This document shows positions 1 through 11,200 of a stretch of 64,000 nt of DNA, piece by piece (the first letter of the stretch is position 1; every line of letters starts with the position of its first letter). The position numbers and the translations under genes were made by a program. A model generated the notes under the pieces. The model was not told the origin of the DNA. It saw nothing but the letters and a program-made list of their open reading frames with translations, and made no database searches. The stretch covers positions 1 to 64,000 of the IMG/VR virus record IMGVR_UViG_3300044821_000131; one strand, written 5' to 3'.

Positions 1-1
1 C

Positions 2-379
2 GTGACGATCGACAATTACGTGACGATCGGCGATGACGTGACGATCGGCAATCGCGTGACGATCGGCGATTACGTGGCGCTCGGCAATGGCGTGACGATC
101 GGCGATGACGTGGTTATTCCCAAAGCTGCGAACATCCAACTCCAATACGACCTGGTCACCATCAACAACTTGGGATCCCGGAACGCGCCCTTATCCGCTG
201 TTAAAATCAAGGATATCGTCCATGTCGCGACTGGGTGCTTCAGTGGCACGATTGATGAGTTTGATAAGAGGGTAAAGGAAGTGCATGGGGAGAGTGAGCA
301 TGGGACGGCATACCGAAATGTGATAAACTACGTAAAACTACACTTTTCGTCGCATGAGAATTTCAAAAGCCAACGTTAA
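2..379 (+). CDS. Hexapeptide-repeat (left-handed beta-helix) protein, paralog 1, 5'-truncated by window edge
   Basis: (T/A)(I/L)GxxV repeats, then the VIPKAANIQLQYDLVTINNLGSRNAPLSAVKIKDIVHVATGCFSG domain shared with the genes at 2714, 47230 and 51461. Confidence 0.85.
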   Translation: MTIDNYVTIGDDVTIGNRVTIGDYVALGNGVTIGDDVVIPKAANIQLQYDLVTINNLGSRNAPLSAVKIKDIVHVATGCFSGTIDEFDKRVKEVHGESEHGTAYRNVINYVKLHFSSHENFKSQR

Positions 380-569
380 ATCGGACGCTGGGGAAGACGG
401 CTCGGATTTTATTGACGTCGACTGTTTTTATAACTTTGTTCACAGTTATCGGGATGCCGTCGAGAGTTTGGATCTGGCGTTGCTCTATGCCCGGAGTGAA
501 AGTCCTTTGGCCAAAAAGTTGCGACAGATTTCTGACCTTATGGATGATATAGACATCGACGTTTAGGTT

Positions 570-737
570 ATGTACGACGAATCATTGGTGGCCAAGTACT
601 GTCCGTATTGCGGGCAGGAAATTGTCACCTACGCTCCGGAACTGTGGACCGCCAGAATGGACGCTTCGCCGGAATTGGAATCGAAAAATTTAATTCAGTA
701 CTACTGTGTAAATTGTGATCAGGCATTTTTTTCATGA
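570..737 (+). CDS. Small Zn-ribbon protein (55 aa, below ORF-track cutoff)
   Basis: Read directly: MYDESLVAKYCPYCGQ...YYCVNCDQAFFS*, two CxxC pairs; ATGA overlap with the ORF at 734. Confidence 0.6.
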   Translation: MYDESLVAKYCPYCGQEIVTYAPELWTARMDASPELESKNLIQYYCVNCDQAFFS

Positions 738-1816
738 GCAAAAAATTTAAATTCAAACCCAACAAGAATAAATCCGCTGGTGCTAGTAACGGCAGTCGAG
801 CAGACAAAGCCGAAGCTGTAGCGCGTCAGCTTGCGTTTGCTGCTGGCGTGAAACACCTCAGCTTGTCCGTTGATTCCGGAATCGTATCGGAAGCACTGGC
901 AGATCTATTTCATCTGTGTGATAGAGAAGGTTGGTCTGTACCGGAAGTAATCAAAGAGGGAATTGGTATTTGGGGATCCGAACGATGATATCTGTTTCAA
1001 TCAATACCTACAAATACGAAGAGTTGTCGGACTCGGCAAAAGAAAAAGCCCGAGACTGGTACCGAACCGCTTCGGCTGACGACAATTTCTGGTCTGAGTC
1101 TGTTCTTGAAGACGCTGAGAGTATTCTCAATATATTGGGCTATGAGTCGGTAAAGATATTTTTTCGCGGTTTCTGGAGCCAAGGCGACGGTGCGTGCTTC
1201 GAGGCTACTTGGCGCAACGGTACCGGACGTGCCGAGAAGTTGAAGGAATACGCTCCGAAAGACGAGGAGTTGCACCGCATAGCTGACGCTCTGCAAAAAG
1301 AAAGCGCGTGTTTCCCTTATATGTACATGAAGATTAAACATAGTGGACACTACTACCATGAGTACTGTACCAGTTTCGATGTCCGATTCACCGATAGCGA
1401 AGACAATGACATGGATACTTCTACGAGGGAGACTGGAGCGCAGACGGCGCAATGTGTGGAAGAACAACTGATCGATCTTTCTCGGGATCTGATGTGTTGG
1501 GTTTATAAATCGCTTGAGCAGGCGTGGGATTGGCAGAATGCAGATGAACAGGTCGCGGAGAGTATCTGCGCCAACGAATATGACTTCACAGTCGATGGTA
1601 AAAGATTTCGGTATTAAAACTATGGCAAAACTCGAAGTAACAACGGTATATCCGTTTATGGAGCTTTCACGTAAGGCGCAGGGCAAAGTATTGCGTCAGT
1701 ACAAACTCGACATGCGAAAATCGACTGGGCGCAAGCTGGCGGATATGGCGGCCATGTCGGCGCTGTCGCGGAGCGGTCTCAGATTTACTATCACCGGTGA
1801 ACTCTACACTGAATAA
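734..1816 (+). CDS. Run of hypothetical phage ORFs (734-988, 985-1617, 1622-1816)
   Basis: Tightly packed co-oriented ORFs with overlapping stop/start codons; no recognisable motifs. Confidence 0.6.
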
Positions 1817-1821
1817 CACAT

Positions 1822-2709
1822 ATGGCATTCGAAGCTAAAATCATCAAAGACTCAATTTGTAACGGTAATCGCCTGACCACGATGCAGCTGACGCATCCGC
1901 GCATCGTTCACGCTGAATTCAACACGCACAGGATGTTCTCCCGGAATGCTTCCAGCAGCCGGGCCATTCCGTTCGCTGTCGCGGTACAGAAGGTATTGGA
2001 AGATCCTTTTATTCCTGTATGGTGGGGTAAGAATCAGAAGGGCATGCAGGCTGTCGAAGAGATTGCTGGTCCGGAGAAGGACTTTGCTATTGTTCGTTGG
2101 TTGCACGCTCGAGATCAAGCTGTCGCACAAGCCAGTTTCTTTTCCGAATCACTCGACGTCCACAAGCAGATCGTCAATCGTCTGATTGAGCCATGGTCAT
2201 GGATCACCGTCTGCTGCACAGGCGACGCCGGCGCTTGGTCCAACTATTTCTCACTGCGCTGTCACAAGGATGCTCAGCCAGAGATTCAGAAACAGGCGTA
2301 CATGGCGCAGCTGGCCTATTATAATAGCAAGCCGGAGAATTTGGAACCCGGTGATTGGCATTTGCCGTACATTCTTTCAGAGGATTACGGATCGACACTT
2401 GACTCGACTTGCTTGAAGGCGCACCTCAAGAAAGTCTCGGTTGGACGCTGCGCCAGGGTTTCATATTTGACCCAAGAAGGTAAGCGTGATCTATCCAAGG
2501 ATGTCGAGCTGCATGATCGTTTATGCAAACAGATTCCGTTTCATGCCTCCCCGTTTGAACATGTGTGCGAGGCTATGGATGATAATGGCCGTTACGCTAA
2601 TTACGTCGGGTGGCGCTCGTATCGTTACATGATGCCGCATGAGTACGTTCGGGATTTCATGTGGAATCATCCAGACATTCTGGCGGAGATAAGTCGTTCC
2701 ATGGATTAA
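1822..2709 (+). CDS. thyX: Flavin-dependent thymidylate synthase (phage type)
   Basis: HAEFNTHRMFSRNASSSRAIP, RCHKDAQPEI, GRCARVSY and HASPFEH motifs typical of phage ThyX. Confidence 0.9.
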   Translation: MAFEAKIIKDSICNGNRLTTMQLTHPRIVHAEFNTHRMFSRNASSSRAIPFAVAVQKVLEDPFIPVWWGKNQKGMQAVEEIAGPEKDFAIVRWLHARDQAVAQASFFSESLDVHKQIVNRLIEPWSWITVCCTGDAGAWSNYFSLRCHKDAQPEIQKQAYMAQLAYYNSKPENLEPGDWHLPYILSEDYGSTLDSTCLKAHLKKVSVGRCARVSYLTQEGKRDLSKDVELHDRLCKQIPFHASPFEHVCEAMDDNGRYANYVGWRSYRYMMPHEYVRDFMWNHPDILAEISRSMD

Positions 2710-2713
2710 ATTT

Positions 2714-3304
2714 ATGAACCTATATCTAAAAGATTCATACGGTAATTGGAAATCACACAGCTACGAAACGTTATCCGATTTGGCCAGGGAGTTTGCCAAA
2801 CGTAACATAAAAATCGGCAATCGTGTGGCGCTCGGCAGTGACGTGGCGATCGGCAATCGCGTGGCGATCGGCGATTACGTGACGATCGGCTATGGCGTGA
2901 CGATCGGCGATTACGTGGCGATCGGCAATTTCGTGAAGATCGGCGATGACGTGGCGATCGGCAATTTCGTGAAGATCGGCAACGACGTGATGATCGGCAA
3001 TTTCGTGAAGATCGGCAATGACGTGGTTATTCCCAAAGCTGCGAACATCCAACTCCAATACGACCTGGTCACCATCAACAACTTGGGATCCCGGAACGCG
3101 CCCTTATCTGCTGTTAAAATCAAGGATATCGTCCATGTCGCGACTGGGTGCTTCAGTGGATCGATTGATGAGTTTGCGAAGAAGGTGAAGGAAGTGCATG
3201 GGGAGAGTGAGCATGGGATGCGTTATTTGGATGCTATTGAGCACATCCGTAAACATTTTGCGCGGGCTATATCAATTAAGTCTCATGACGAAAAAGGTGT
3301 CTAA
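2714..3304 (+). CDS. Hexapeptide-repeat protein, paralog 2 (12 repeats)
   Basis: N-terminal LYLKDSxGxWxxHSYETLSDLA block, 12 x 18-bp units at 2810-3025, shared C-terminal GSRN...GCF domain. Confidence 0.88.
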   Translation: MNLYLKDSYGNWKSHSYETLSDLAREFAKRNIKIGNRVALGSDVAIGNRVAIGDYVTIGYGVTIGDYVAIGNFVKIGDDVAIGNFVKIGNDVMIGNFVKIGNDVVIPKAANIQLQYDLVTINNLGSRNAPLSAVKIKDIVHVATGCFSGSIDEFAKKVKEVHGESEHGMRYLDAIEHIRKHFARAISIKSHDEKGV

Positions 3305-3585
3305 GAAAAGTAAATCCGAAAAGTGCTTGTTGTCGGTAATAGATCAAGCCCGTATTCTTCAGCTATCGAATGACCTGTCGGAAGGTATCGCTAGTGGTAC
3401 GGTCCGAGAATGGCGTACTGTGGCTGAGTTTTTTCGTCAGGAACACGATACTCTGTATAGCCGGCTTCAAAGTATGCACTCTACGCTCGCGGCATTGGAA
3501 CTCGGTGAACGCATGCGCAACACGGCTCTGGAAGAAGTGTCGGAGTGGCTTCGAAGCTTTAAAAATATAACCTGACATTCATAAC

Positions 3586-4782
3586 ATGGCGCATTATCTG
3601 ACAGAACAAGAAAAGCAGGTAGACGTACAGATGGGATCCAGTGCGCCATCGGTATTGGACCCAGAAATCCGTAAGCTGGCTGAAGAACTTAGCACAATTC
3701 ACGGGACCGTACGGATCACTCGTGAAAGTAACGGTGTGCATCTGTATATGGCTTGTCCAAACTGTCTGGAGACTTACGGGTCAGACGAGTTGTTCAAGAT
3801 GCACCTGGCCATAAACGCCGAGAAGTATTTGACCACCGATAACAACGTAGTTGGCATGTGCATGAAGGAAGGCGACAAGTTCAACGTTCTGGACTTGAAA
3901 GCCATGCCTCCTCTGAACGTTCGGGGCCACGAACACAAGCCGGCGGTGGTAATGCATAAAGAGGCAAACGAGAAGTATCTGGAACCAGATCAACACGGTG
4001 TAATGGTCCCGAAGAGCCCGGGTAAAGTTATTCCGGTTCAGGAACTGACGAACGACCATCCTGCCATAATGTATCTGAACTCTCGTAATTTCGACGTGTC
4101 ATCGCTGGCAGATCAGTTTCGGTTGTCTTATTGTGAACAGGAACGTGACGACATATTCTACCGAAAATTGCCGGGTGGTTTTCGGGCGACACCTCAAGGC
4201 CGCTTGGTATTTTATATCGTTCAAAAAGGAGTTGTCGTAGGATGGCAGGCTCGTATTTTGGAAATTGTAAATGATGGTCTGGTCTGGTACTGGCATCCGT
4301 ACAAGAAGTCTTGGACGCCCGTATTACAGACGCAGCCTGACGCCAAACCTTCCCCACTTCCCGGATGGGAGGAGTGGGATCCCGCCAAGTACATCTTGGC
4401 TCATGGTTGTGCACGTAATGAATGCCTTATGGGTTACGACGCGGCGGTGGCTTACAATGTTCGTACTAATGAAGGTTGGTGTGGCTTGGCTGAAGGGCCT
4501 TTGGATGCCGGACGCTGCGGCGCACCGATTATGGCGACGATGGGTAAGTTCTTCAGTGAGTCGCAAGCCCGATTGATTAAGGACGCCGGGTTCTCCAAGG
4601 TGATTTACATAGCGGATAGTGACGCAGCTGGTGAGAAGGGGAAGGCGTATGTGTGGAAGCAGTTTCAGTTTTTGGATATGGCCTCTAAATTAATTGTAGT
4701 CAACCCTCCGGCTGGGTATAAAGATCTTGGCGAGATGCCAGATCAGAACACGGCACGCGAGTACATTTTGTCGCATCTGTGA
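3586..4782 (+). CDS. DNA primase (DnaG-like, TOPRIM)
   Basis: N-terminal CPNC, TOPRIM LAEGPLDA and YIADSDAAG (DxD), C-terminal KDLGEM. Confidence 0.8.
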   Translation: MAHYLTEQEKQVDVQMGSSAPSVLDPEIRKLAEELSTIHGTVRITRESNGVHLYMACPNCLETYGSDELFKMHLAINAEKYLTTDNNVVGMCMKEGDKFNVLDLKAMPPLNVRGHEHKPAVVMHKEANEKYLEPDQHGVMVPKSPGKVIPVQELTNDHPAIMYLNSRNFDVSSLADQFRLSYCEQERDDIFYRKLPGGFRATPQGRLVFYIVQKGVVVGWQARILEIVNDGLVWYWHPYKKSWTPVLQTQPDAKPSPLPGWEEWDPAKYILAHGCARNECLMGYDAAVAYNVRTNEGWCGLAEGPLDAGRCGAPIMATMGKFFSESQARLIKDAGFSKVIYIADSDAAGEKGKAYVWKQFQFLDMASKLIVVNPPAGYKDLGEMPDQNTAREYILSHL

Positions 4783-4816
4783 ATAAAAGACATTTTGACG
4801 TAGCACTGATTAACCA

Positions 4817-6556
4817 ATGAAAAATAGAATACTTCTAGGTGGCGGCGGTTCTGGGGAGGTTGCTATAGACCTTCCGACGCTCATCAAAACCAGGCTTCTA
4901 ATTCAGGCAAACTCCGGAGGAGGAAAGAGTTTTCTTATACGGAGATTGGCTGAACAGCTCTTCGGTACGGTGCCGGTTATCATCATCGACCCCGAAGGTG
5001 AATTCGCCACACTCCGGGAAAAATATGACTACGTCCTGGCGGGTCCTGGTGGTGAAACTCCGGCGGATATACGATCTGCAGGATTGCTGGCGCATAAGTT
5101 GCTTGAGCTGCGAGCTTCCGCAGTGTGCGATTTGTATGAGATGAAGCCTCAAGATCGGCATCAGTGGGTAAAACTTTTCTTGGATTCGTTGATAAATGCA
5201 CCTAAGAAATTGTGGGGCCCAACTGTCGTAATAATTGACGAAGTGCATCAATTTTGTCCAGAGAGCAAAACTGGCGAGAGCGTCGCCAGTGGTTCGGTAG
5301 TAGATTTGGCCACTCGTGGACGCAAGCGTGGCTATTGCAGCATATTCGCCACGCAACGTCTAGGTAAGTTGCGCAAGGACGCGGCGGCAGAGTTGCTGAA
5401 TGTCATGATCGGCATGACGTTCATAGACATTGATCGTGATCGGGCGGTAGATAGTCTGGGCGTTAGTCGGGAGGAAAAGCAGCGCTTCAATAACGAGATC
5501 AAGCTCTTGGAACCCGGTAATTTCTACTGCCTCGGTCGAGCTATCTCCAAGGACCGACTGTTGGTTAAAGTGGGTAGTGTGCTTACTACTCATCCTGAAG
5601 CTGGTGGTAGCAAGTTTACGCTGGTTCCGCCGTCACCAGCGGGTATTAAGGCATTATTGCCCAAGTTGGCAGATTTACCAAAAGCTGTGGAAGAACAGGC
5701 AACCACCGTTGCCGGCTTAAAACAAACTGTAACCGGTTTGCGTCGAGAGATATTGGAATTGAAAAAGGCGAAACCTCCTACTGCAGAACCGTCAAAAGTG
5801 TTGCCGGTTAAATCTGAGTCGGCGCTTTCAGGTAAGGATCGGGCGAGTCTGGCCAAGTTAGGTTCAATAATGGGCCGCGTAGACGGAGCCTGCGAGAAAT
5901 TGACTCAGCTGGGACAGACCCTTAATTCGGAACTCTCCTCTATCAAATCGTCACTGTCGAAAATTTTGTCATCTGACTCGTCTGTTAGAGTACCAACGGT
6001 TAAAACTACGTCGCCGGTTATGGTCAAACCGATGCCCGTCGTGATTCGCGAGGTTTGGAGAGATACGTCCGAGTCAGAAAGTGCTGACTATAAGCCCAGC
6101 AAGTGTCGTCAGAAAATTTTGGGTGTTCTTGCGCAATATCCTGACGGCTGTACGATTGGCAAGATTGCACTCCTGTCGGGGTATCATGTTAGTGGTGGGT
6201 TCAAGAATGAACTGGCTTATCTTCGTACGCACGGACTTATTCTTGGTGGCAACACAGAGCTGATGCGCATTACGAGCTTAGGCTTGGAGAAAGGACCGTT
6301 TGATGCGCTTCCAGTCGGTTCGGACTTTGTTAATTATTGGATGAGTCATTCCAGTTGTAGTTTATGTATGCGTCGTATTATGCAGTCACTTATTGACAAT
6401 CCTGTCGGTCTCGACATATCGAAATTGGCTGAGGCGTCTGGGTATCAGGTCTCTGGCGGATTTAAGAATGAACTGGCACGACTGAGGACGGCCGGACTTC
6501 TGGTTGGTAAGAATACTGGGACGATGACATTAGCCGAGGAGTTTTTCAATGCATAG
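4817..6556 (+). CDS. HerA/FtsK-superfamily ATPase (DUF87/DUF853-like) with two C-terminal winged-helix-like repeats
   Basis: Walker A ANSGGGKS, Walker B VVIIDEVHQF, RGRKRG, ATQRLGKL; coiled coil; duplicated SGYxVSGGFKNELAxLRTxGL. Confidence 0.8.
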   Translation: MKNRILLGGGGSGEVAIDLPTLIKTRLLIQANSGGGKSFLIRRLAEQLFGTVPVIIIDPEGEFATLREKYDYVLAGPGGETPADIRSAGLLAHKLLELRASAVCDLYEMKPQDRHQWVKLFLDSLINAPKKLWGPTVVIIDEVHQFCPESKTGESVASGSVVDLATRGRKRGYCSIFATQRLGKLRKDAAAELLNVMIGMTFIDIDRDRAVDSLGVSREEKQRFNNEIKLLEPGNFYCLGRAISKDRLLVKVGSVLTTHPEAGGSKFTLVPPSPAGIKALLPKLADLPKAVEEQATTVAGLKQTVTGLRREILELKKAKPPTAEPSKVLPVKSESALSGKDRASLAKLGSIMGRVDGACEKLTQLGQTLNSELSSIKSSLSKILSSDSSVRVPTVKTTSPVMVKPMPVVIREVWRDTSESESADYKPSKCRQKILGVLAQYPDGCTIGKIALLSGYHVSGGFKNELAYLRTHGLILGGNTELMRITSLGLEKGPFDALPVGSDFVNYWMSHSSCSLCMRRIMQSLIDNPVGLDISKLAEASGYQVSGGFKNELARLRTAGLLVGKNTGTMTLAEEFFNA

Positions 6557-8213
6557 GTCTGATTGGAGGTTTCGGCTACACGCCGGAGATGAAGTTACTT
6601 GGAATGATCCTGACGGAGGTTCGTGCTCTTTCACTGGGATCGTTTCTGAGCTCGTATACAAGCCAGATTCTTCAGCTTGGATCCTTTTCTCGGATGGACA
6701 CGAGATCGAAGTTTATTTGGAGGAACTATCATGACGCACGATTTTATTATTAATGACTGTAAGGACAAATGAGCAAACCAACATTCTATAGAACGTTTAA
6801 GCGATCATGCACCAATTGGCGTGAGTTTGGATCCAGCAAAAAGCGCACAGTGGAGTCTGGTTTAACTTGGTCTCAGGCACGACAACGTTGTGCCGAGTTC
6901 AATGAAAATAGATCACAAGCACAGATTACTGCAGGCACGATGCTCGAATTTGAAGCCCTATAATTAAAATGAGTAAGACAATCAACACGATAAATTTCGA
7001 TCAGTTGGCAAAGGAATACTGCGAACGGCAGGTACAAACTCCAGAAGGCTTGCGGGAAATACTCATGCACCAGAAACAGACGTATAATCCTGATGGCTGG
7101 ATACTGTTGGAGTGTCGGATGATGGACTCTTCGCGGTGTGGGAGTTACACGATTCTTCCATATGGTCCGAAGAACACGTTTAAAGCTGTTCCGGAATATC
7201 CTATATCCCCAAGAGGCTTGGCATCTGACATGTCTGTTGTGGTGGCGGTTATGCCGTCTTCCGCATTATGAAAATTCCCCCACTTTCGAGTGGTTCGATT
7301 TGGGGTTTTGACTCTAACGGCAATCGTCATAGTCGTGGTTCAATTATGGGCCGTCCGAATATACTTCCTGATAATTGCAAAGAACCTTTGGCCCTCACGG
7401 TGACACGTCTGCCGTGGGTTGACTGTGATTATGATTCAGAAGGTGCCTACTGGGGATTCGTTGCAGGCGACCATATCTGGCGCGCTGTCGGCGAATCTAA
7501 ATATCAATTGGTAGAAGTGTTCGTTCGGGCCAAGTCCGTCGATTCGGCGCGCTTGGCTATCATCGATCTATTGCCGCACGCGCATTTAACTTTTGATGCG
7601 GCGACACTCGGCTTGGACGGTCTTGACCCGTTCACGCGGGCCTACATCGAGTGCGCGTTGTGGTTGTCAGACGAAGAGGCTTCAAGTGGTGACTACGCAA
7701 AGACTGGCTTAGCGGATATCGGGTTCGATCAGATATCTCCGGCTGATTTGCAAGAGATGATTGAGGACTGCCAGCAATTCATGCAAATGCATCACGACAA
7801 TCTGGCGGCAGCTTACACGCGTTTCAGTGATTATATGCCAAGCAGTGCAGGTCACGATTTCTATCTGACCCGCAATGGTCACGGCGTAGGATTTTCCGAT
7901 CGCAATTTGGGCGTTCTTGGCGACGCGTTGTACGATGCCGCGCACAAATTTGGTGAACGTCAATTGGTGCGAGATTCCACTGATGGAAAATTGTATTATG
8001 AGTAAGATAAACTGGACAACTAGTGATAGCAACAAGGCCCGGCGTTTAGGTTGGGACGTGTTTTATAATACGGACGTTGACGAGAACGAGATTCAACGCG
8101 TGGACGAGACCTCGGTATTCGAATCAGATGCTCATGCGATTGAGCATGTTTTAAGGAACGCTAAGCGTAACAAGACCTGTCGCAAGGCAATAAAGTTTGT
8201 ATATGGTTTCTAA
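6549..8213 (+). CDS. Run of hypothetical ORFs (6549-6734, 6769-6963, 6969-7271, 7268-8005, 7998-8213)
   Basis: Contiguous co-oriented ORFs with ATGA-type overlaps; no function recognised. Confidence 0.6.
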
Positions 8214-8216
8214 ATT

Positions 8217-11200
8217 ATGAACAAGCCCACACACCCTCCAATACCTCCGCTGCTGCTTGACGCGGAGGAACAAGTATCGATGCCCTTGATGCCTATGACC
8301 GATGGCGGAGTTACCAAAAAGCCGTCTCGTATGTATCCAGAAGTGTTCGGAGATATGGAACCTCCGAAACAACTCTGGCGGTCGCGTCGTATCGGGGACG
8401 CCATGGTCACTCTGCCGAACCAGAAGAAAGTGAAGGGTGTGTTGCATGTTTGTGGTCGCGGCAGCAAGACCGCCCAGATCATGTTCATTAGCCCGTCCGT
8501 TTTCCGCGAAGAGGAGTCGATCACCCACACTAGTGAGCCTTCCATGCTCAAAGGCCCGGCAGGTAATCTGTTTACTCGATCCTTGTATCGTTGTGGTTTC
8601 AAGGAAGAAGAGTGGTATTACACCGCGGTATGCAAGTACAACGTGCCGAAACTGAAACCGACGGCGCAAGATCTTCGGTGGAATGAACAGATTCTCAGAG
8701 ACGAGATAGAGACCATCAAACCAAAGCTCATCGTGTGTCTGGGCAAGCTGCCGTTTGATATTCTGTTCAAGACCAAGTTCAAGTTGAAAGACATTCAAGG
8801 GGGATTCTTCCGAAGTGAGGAATTCAACTGTATGTTGTACCCGATGGACACGCTGCTGACTCCGCTGATGAAGCCGGAGTACCAAGAGCGGGTCATCGTG
8901 GATCTCAAAGAGATTCGTCGCGCGTTGAACGAGATCCAAGGTACGACCGTGGTCAAGGTGGCGACCAGTTATTCGGTGATCGATACGGCCGAGAAGTTGC
9001 AGAACCTCATGACCGATCTTGGCGATGAGATCAATGCCGACCGGCTGCACGCCGCCTCCATAGACGCGGAATGGCACGGGCAGACTGCTTGGAGTGGACA
9101 GCTTCGTTCGTGGCAGATGGCATGGAAACCCGGGGTTGCCGCCTGTGTACGTCTAACGTCGCCAGTGAAGGGTAAGTCCGAATATGTGATGGACCAGCCG
9201 TTGCCGGTTATTCGTGAGATCATTAAGCCTACCATGAACAATCCTAAGTTGAAATGGATTGGCCATAATGCTCATGCGGATATGGCTTGGATGGATCAGC
9301 ATCTTGATCTCGAAGTGTTCGGAAGATTCCTGTTCGACACTATGTTTGCACAGCAGCTTCTGAACGAATATTCGGATTTGAAGCTGGAACGATGTAGTGT
9401 GCAGTATACGGACCTTGGACGTTACGACATCGATTTGTTGTTGTGGAAGAAGAAGCACAAGTTCGATGAGGAAGACAATGAAGGGTACGGGCTGGTTCCG
9501 GACGAAATCTTAATACCCTACTCACTTCGTGACGTAGATTGCACCCTTCGTATTTATCCGGCGCTCCTGAAGCAGCTTATCCAACAGAATCTCTCCAGTT
9601 ATTACTTCAACTACACGCTGCCATTTACCACGGATGGTTTTTATGAGTTGATGTCTACAGGTTTACCGATCGATTCGGACTATCTGGATGAAATGCGGGA
9701 GACCTTTACACATCATGGTGGAATGTTGTTGGATGAGTTTCGTAAGTCAGTTAAGCGTGAGGCCGACACGCTTCTGCACACCATGTTAAGAGATCGTTCG
9801 ATCAGGATGGGTGGTACGTTGGAACAGGGTACCAATGCCTTCATCGAGATGTTTAAGCTGGCGAAGCGTGGACCGGAAGCCGAAAAAGAATTGCGTGAGC
9901 ACCTGCAGGCTTTCGTTGAGGACTCGTCCGACTTGGCTCAGATGTTGCCGCTTTACCTTCACTGGCGGGACTGCTCGACCTTCAATATTAGCAGTACGGA
10001 TCATCTTCGGCGTTGGCTGTACGACGTGAAGAAGTTCCAGCCCATCAAGACGACGAAGAAGGACGGGATTCAGATGGCTTGGGACAAGGTGCTGAACATG
10101 CCGCCTGATAAGCAGCTTCAGTACACACCCGCGGCGGACAAGCAGACGATCAAGGTATTCGCGGCCAAGGATCCGATGGTGGCACAGATTGAAGAGTTGA
10201 AGTCGGTACAGAATATCACGAAGATATTTTTGAAGGGTGTAGATGAAAAAGGGCGAGAGCAGGGCATCCATAAGTGGATACAGATGGACGGAAGGATACA
10301 TTCTAACTTCGCGGTAACGGAAACTGGCCGGCCCAGGTCTTGGAGACCCAACATTCTCAACTGGCCGAAGGCCATCACCAAGCCGATTGAGAAGGCGTTT
10401 GAGAGAATTAACATCGCTGTAATAAAGCAGGAATCAGCCAAACTTGGAACGGTGGCCGCTGATAAACATGTAAAGGCACTACGTCTGCTGGCCGATTCGC
10501 ATGCTTCGGAGAAGGATCAGTCTGCGGCTATGACCGCCCTTGTCGACGCTGGCTACTCGTCCGATGCTATTGACGCTTTCGTACGTTGTGTATCGTTGCC
10601 GGTATCTCTTCGGTCGGCCGCTCGGGCGCCGGAGGGCTGCGCGTTCATTGACATGGACTTGAAGACGGCGGAAGTGGTGGCCCTCGGGCGTCTGTCTGGT
10701 GACGAGAATTTGATCAAGGTACTCACGGAGCCAGATACCCAGTTTGCCAGGATTGATAAAGAAAATGCAAAGAAGGCAGTTCGTATATGTTACAATGATA
10801 ACGTCGAACTGCCCGAGGCCGAGCTGGATACTGCGCTATTGGTTGCGTTGGATGATCCGAGGATACTCAGGGATGCATCGGGCAATATCCTGCATCCGTT
10901 AAGGGATGTACACTGGGAGATGGCGGAGGAGACTGGCGGCAAGCCTCGGGAGAAGTTGGATGAGCGTTTGTACAGAGACGGAAGCGGCAAGGTGGGTAAC
11001 TTTTGTTTACTACACTCGTCTCGTGTACTAACTCTTCGGGGCGAGATTCCGATACAAGATGTGAAATTGACTGATCTTTTGTGGGATGGCGTAGATTGGG
11101 TTTCTCATGAAGGTGTGGTCTGTAACGGTTTAAAGCAAGTTTATGAATATCAAGGATTGTGGGCAACAGACAACCATGAAGTCTGGACTGAAACCGGAGA

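Noticed and set aside
3020-3230. Classical DGR template/variable pair among the paralog 3' blocks
   Set aside because: Differences between copies are not restricted to adenines (c/t, c/g) and no reverse transcriptase is in the window
8151-9077. Long minus-strand ORFs opposite large genes (8151-9077, 24767-25672, 28468-29244, 50193-50951 and similar)
   Set aside because: Fully overlap confidently assigned plus-strand genes and show no motifs
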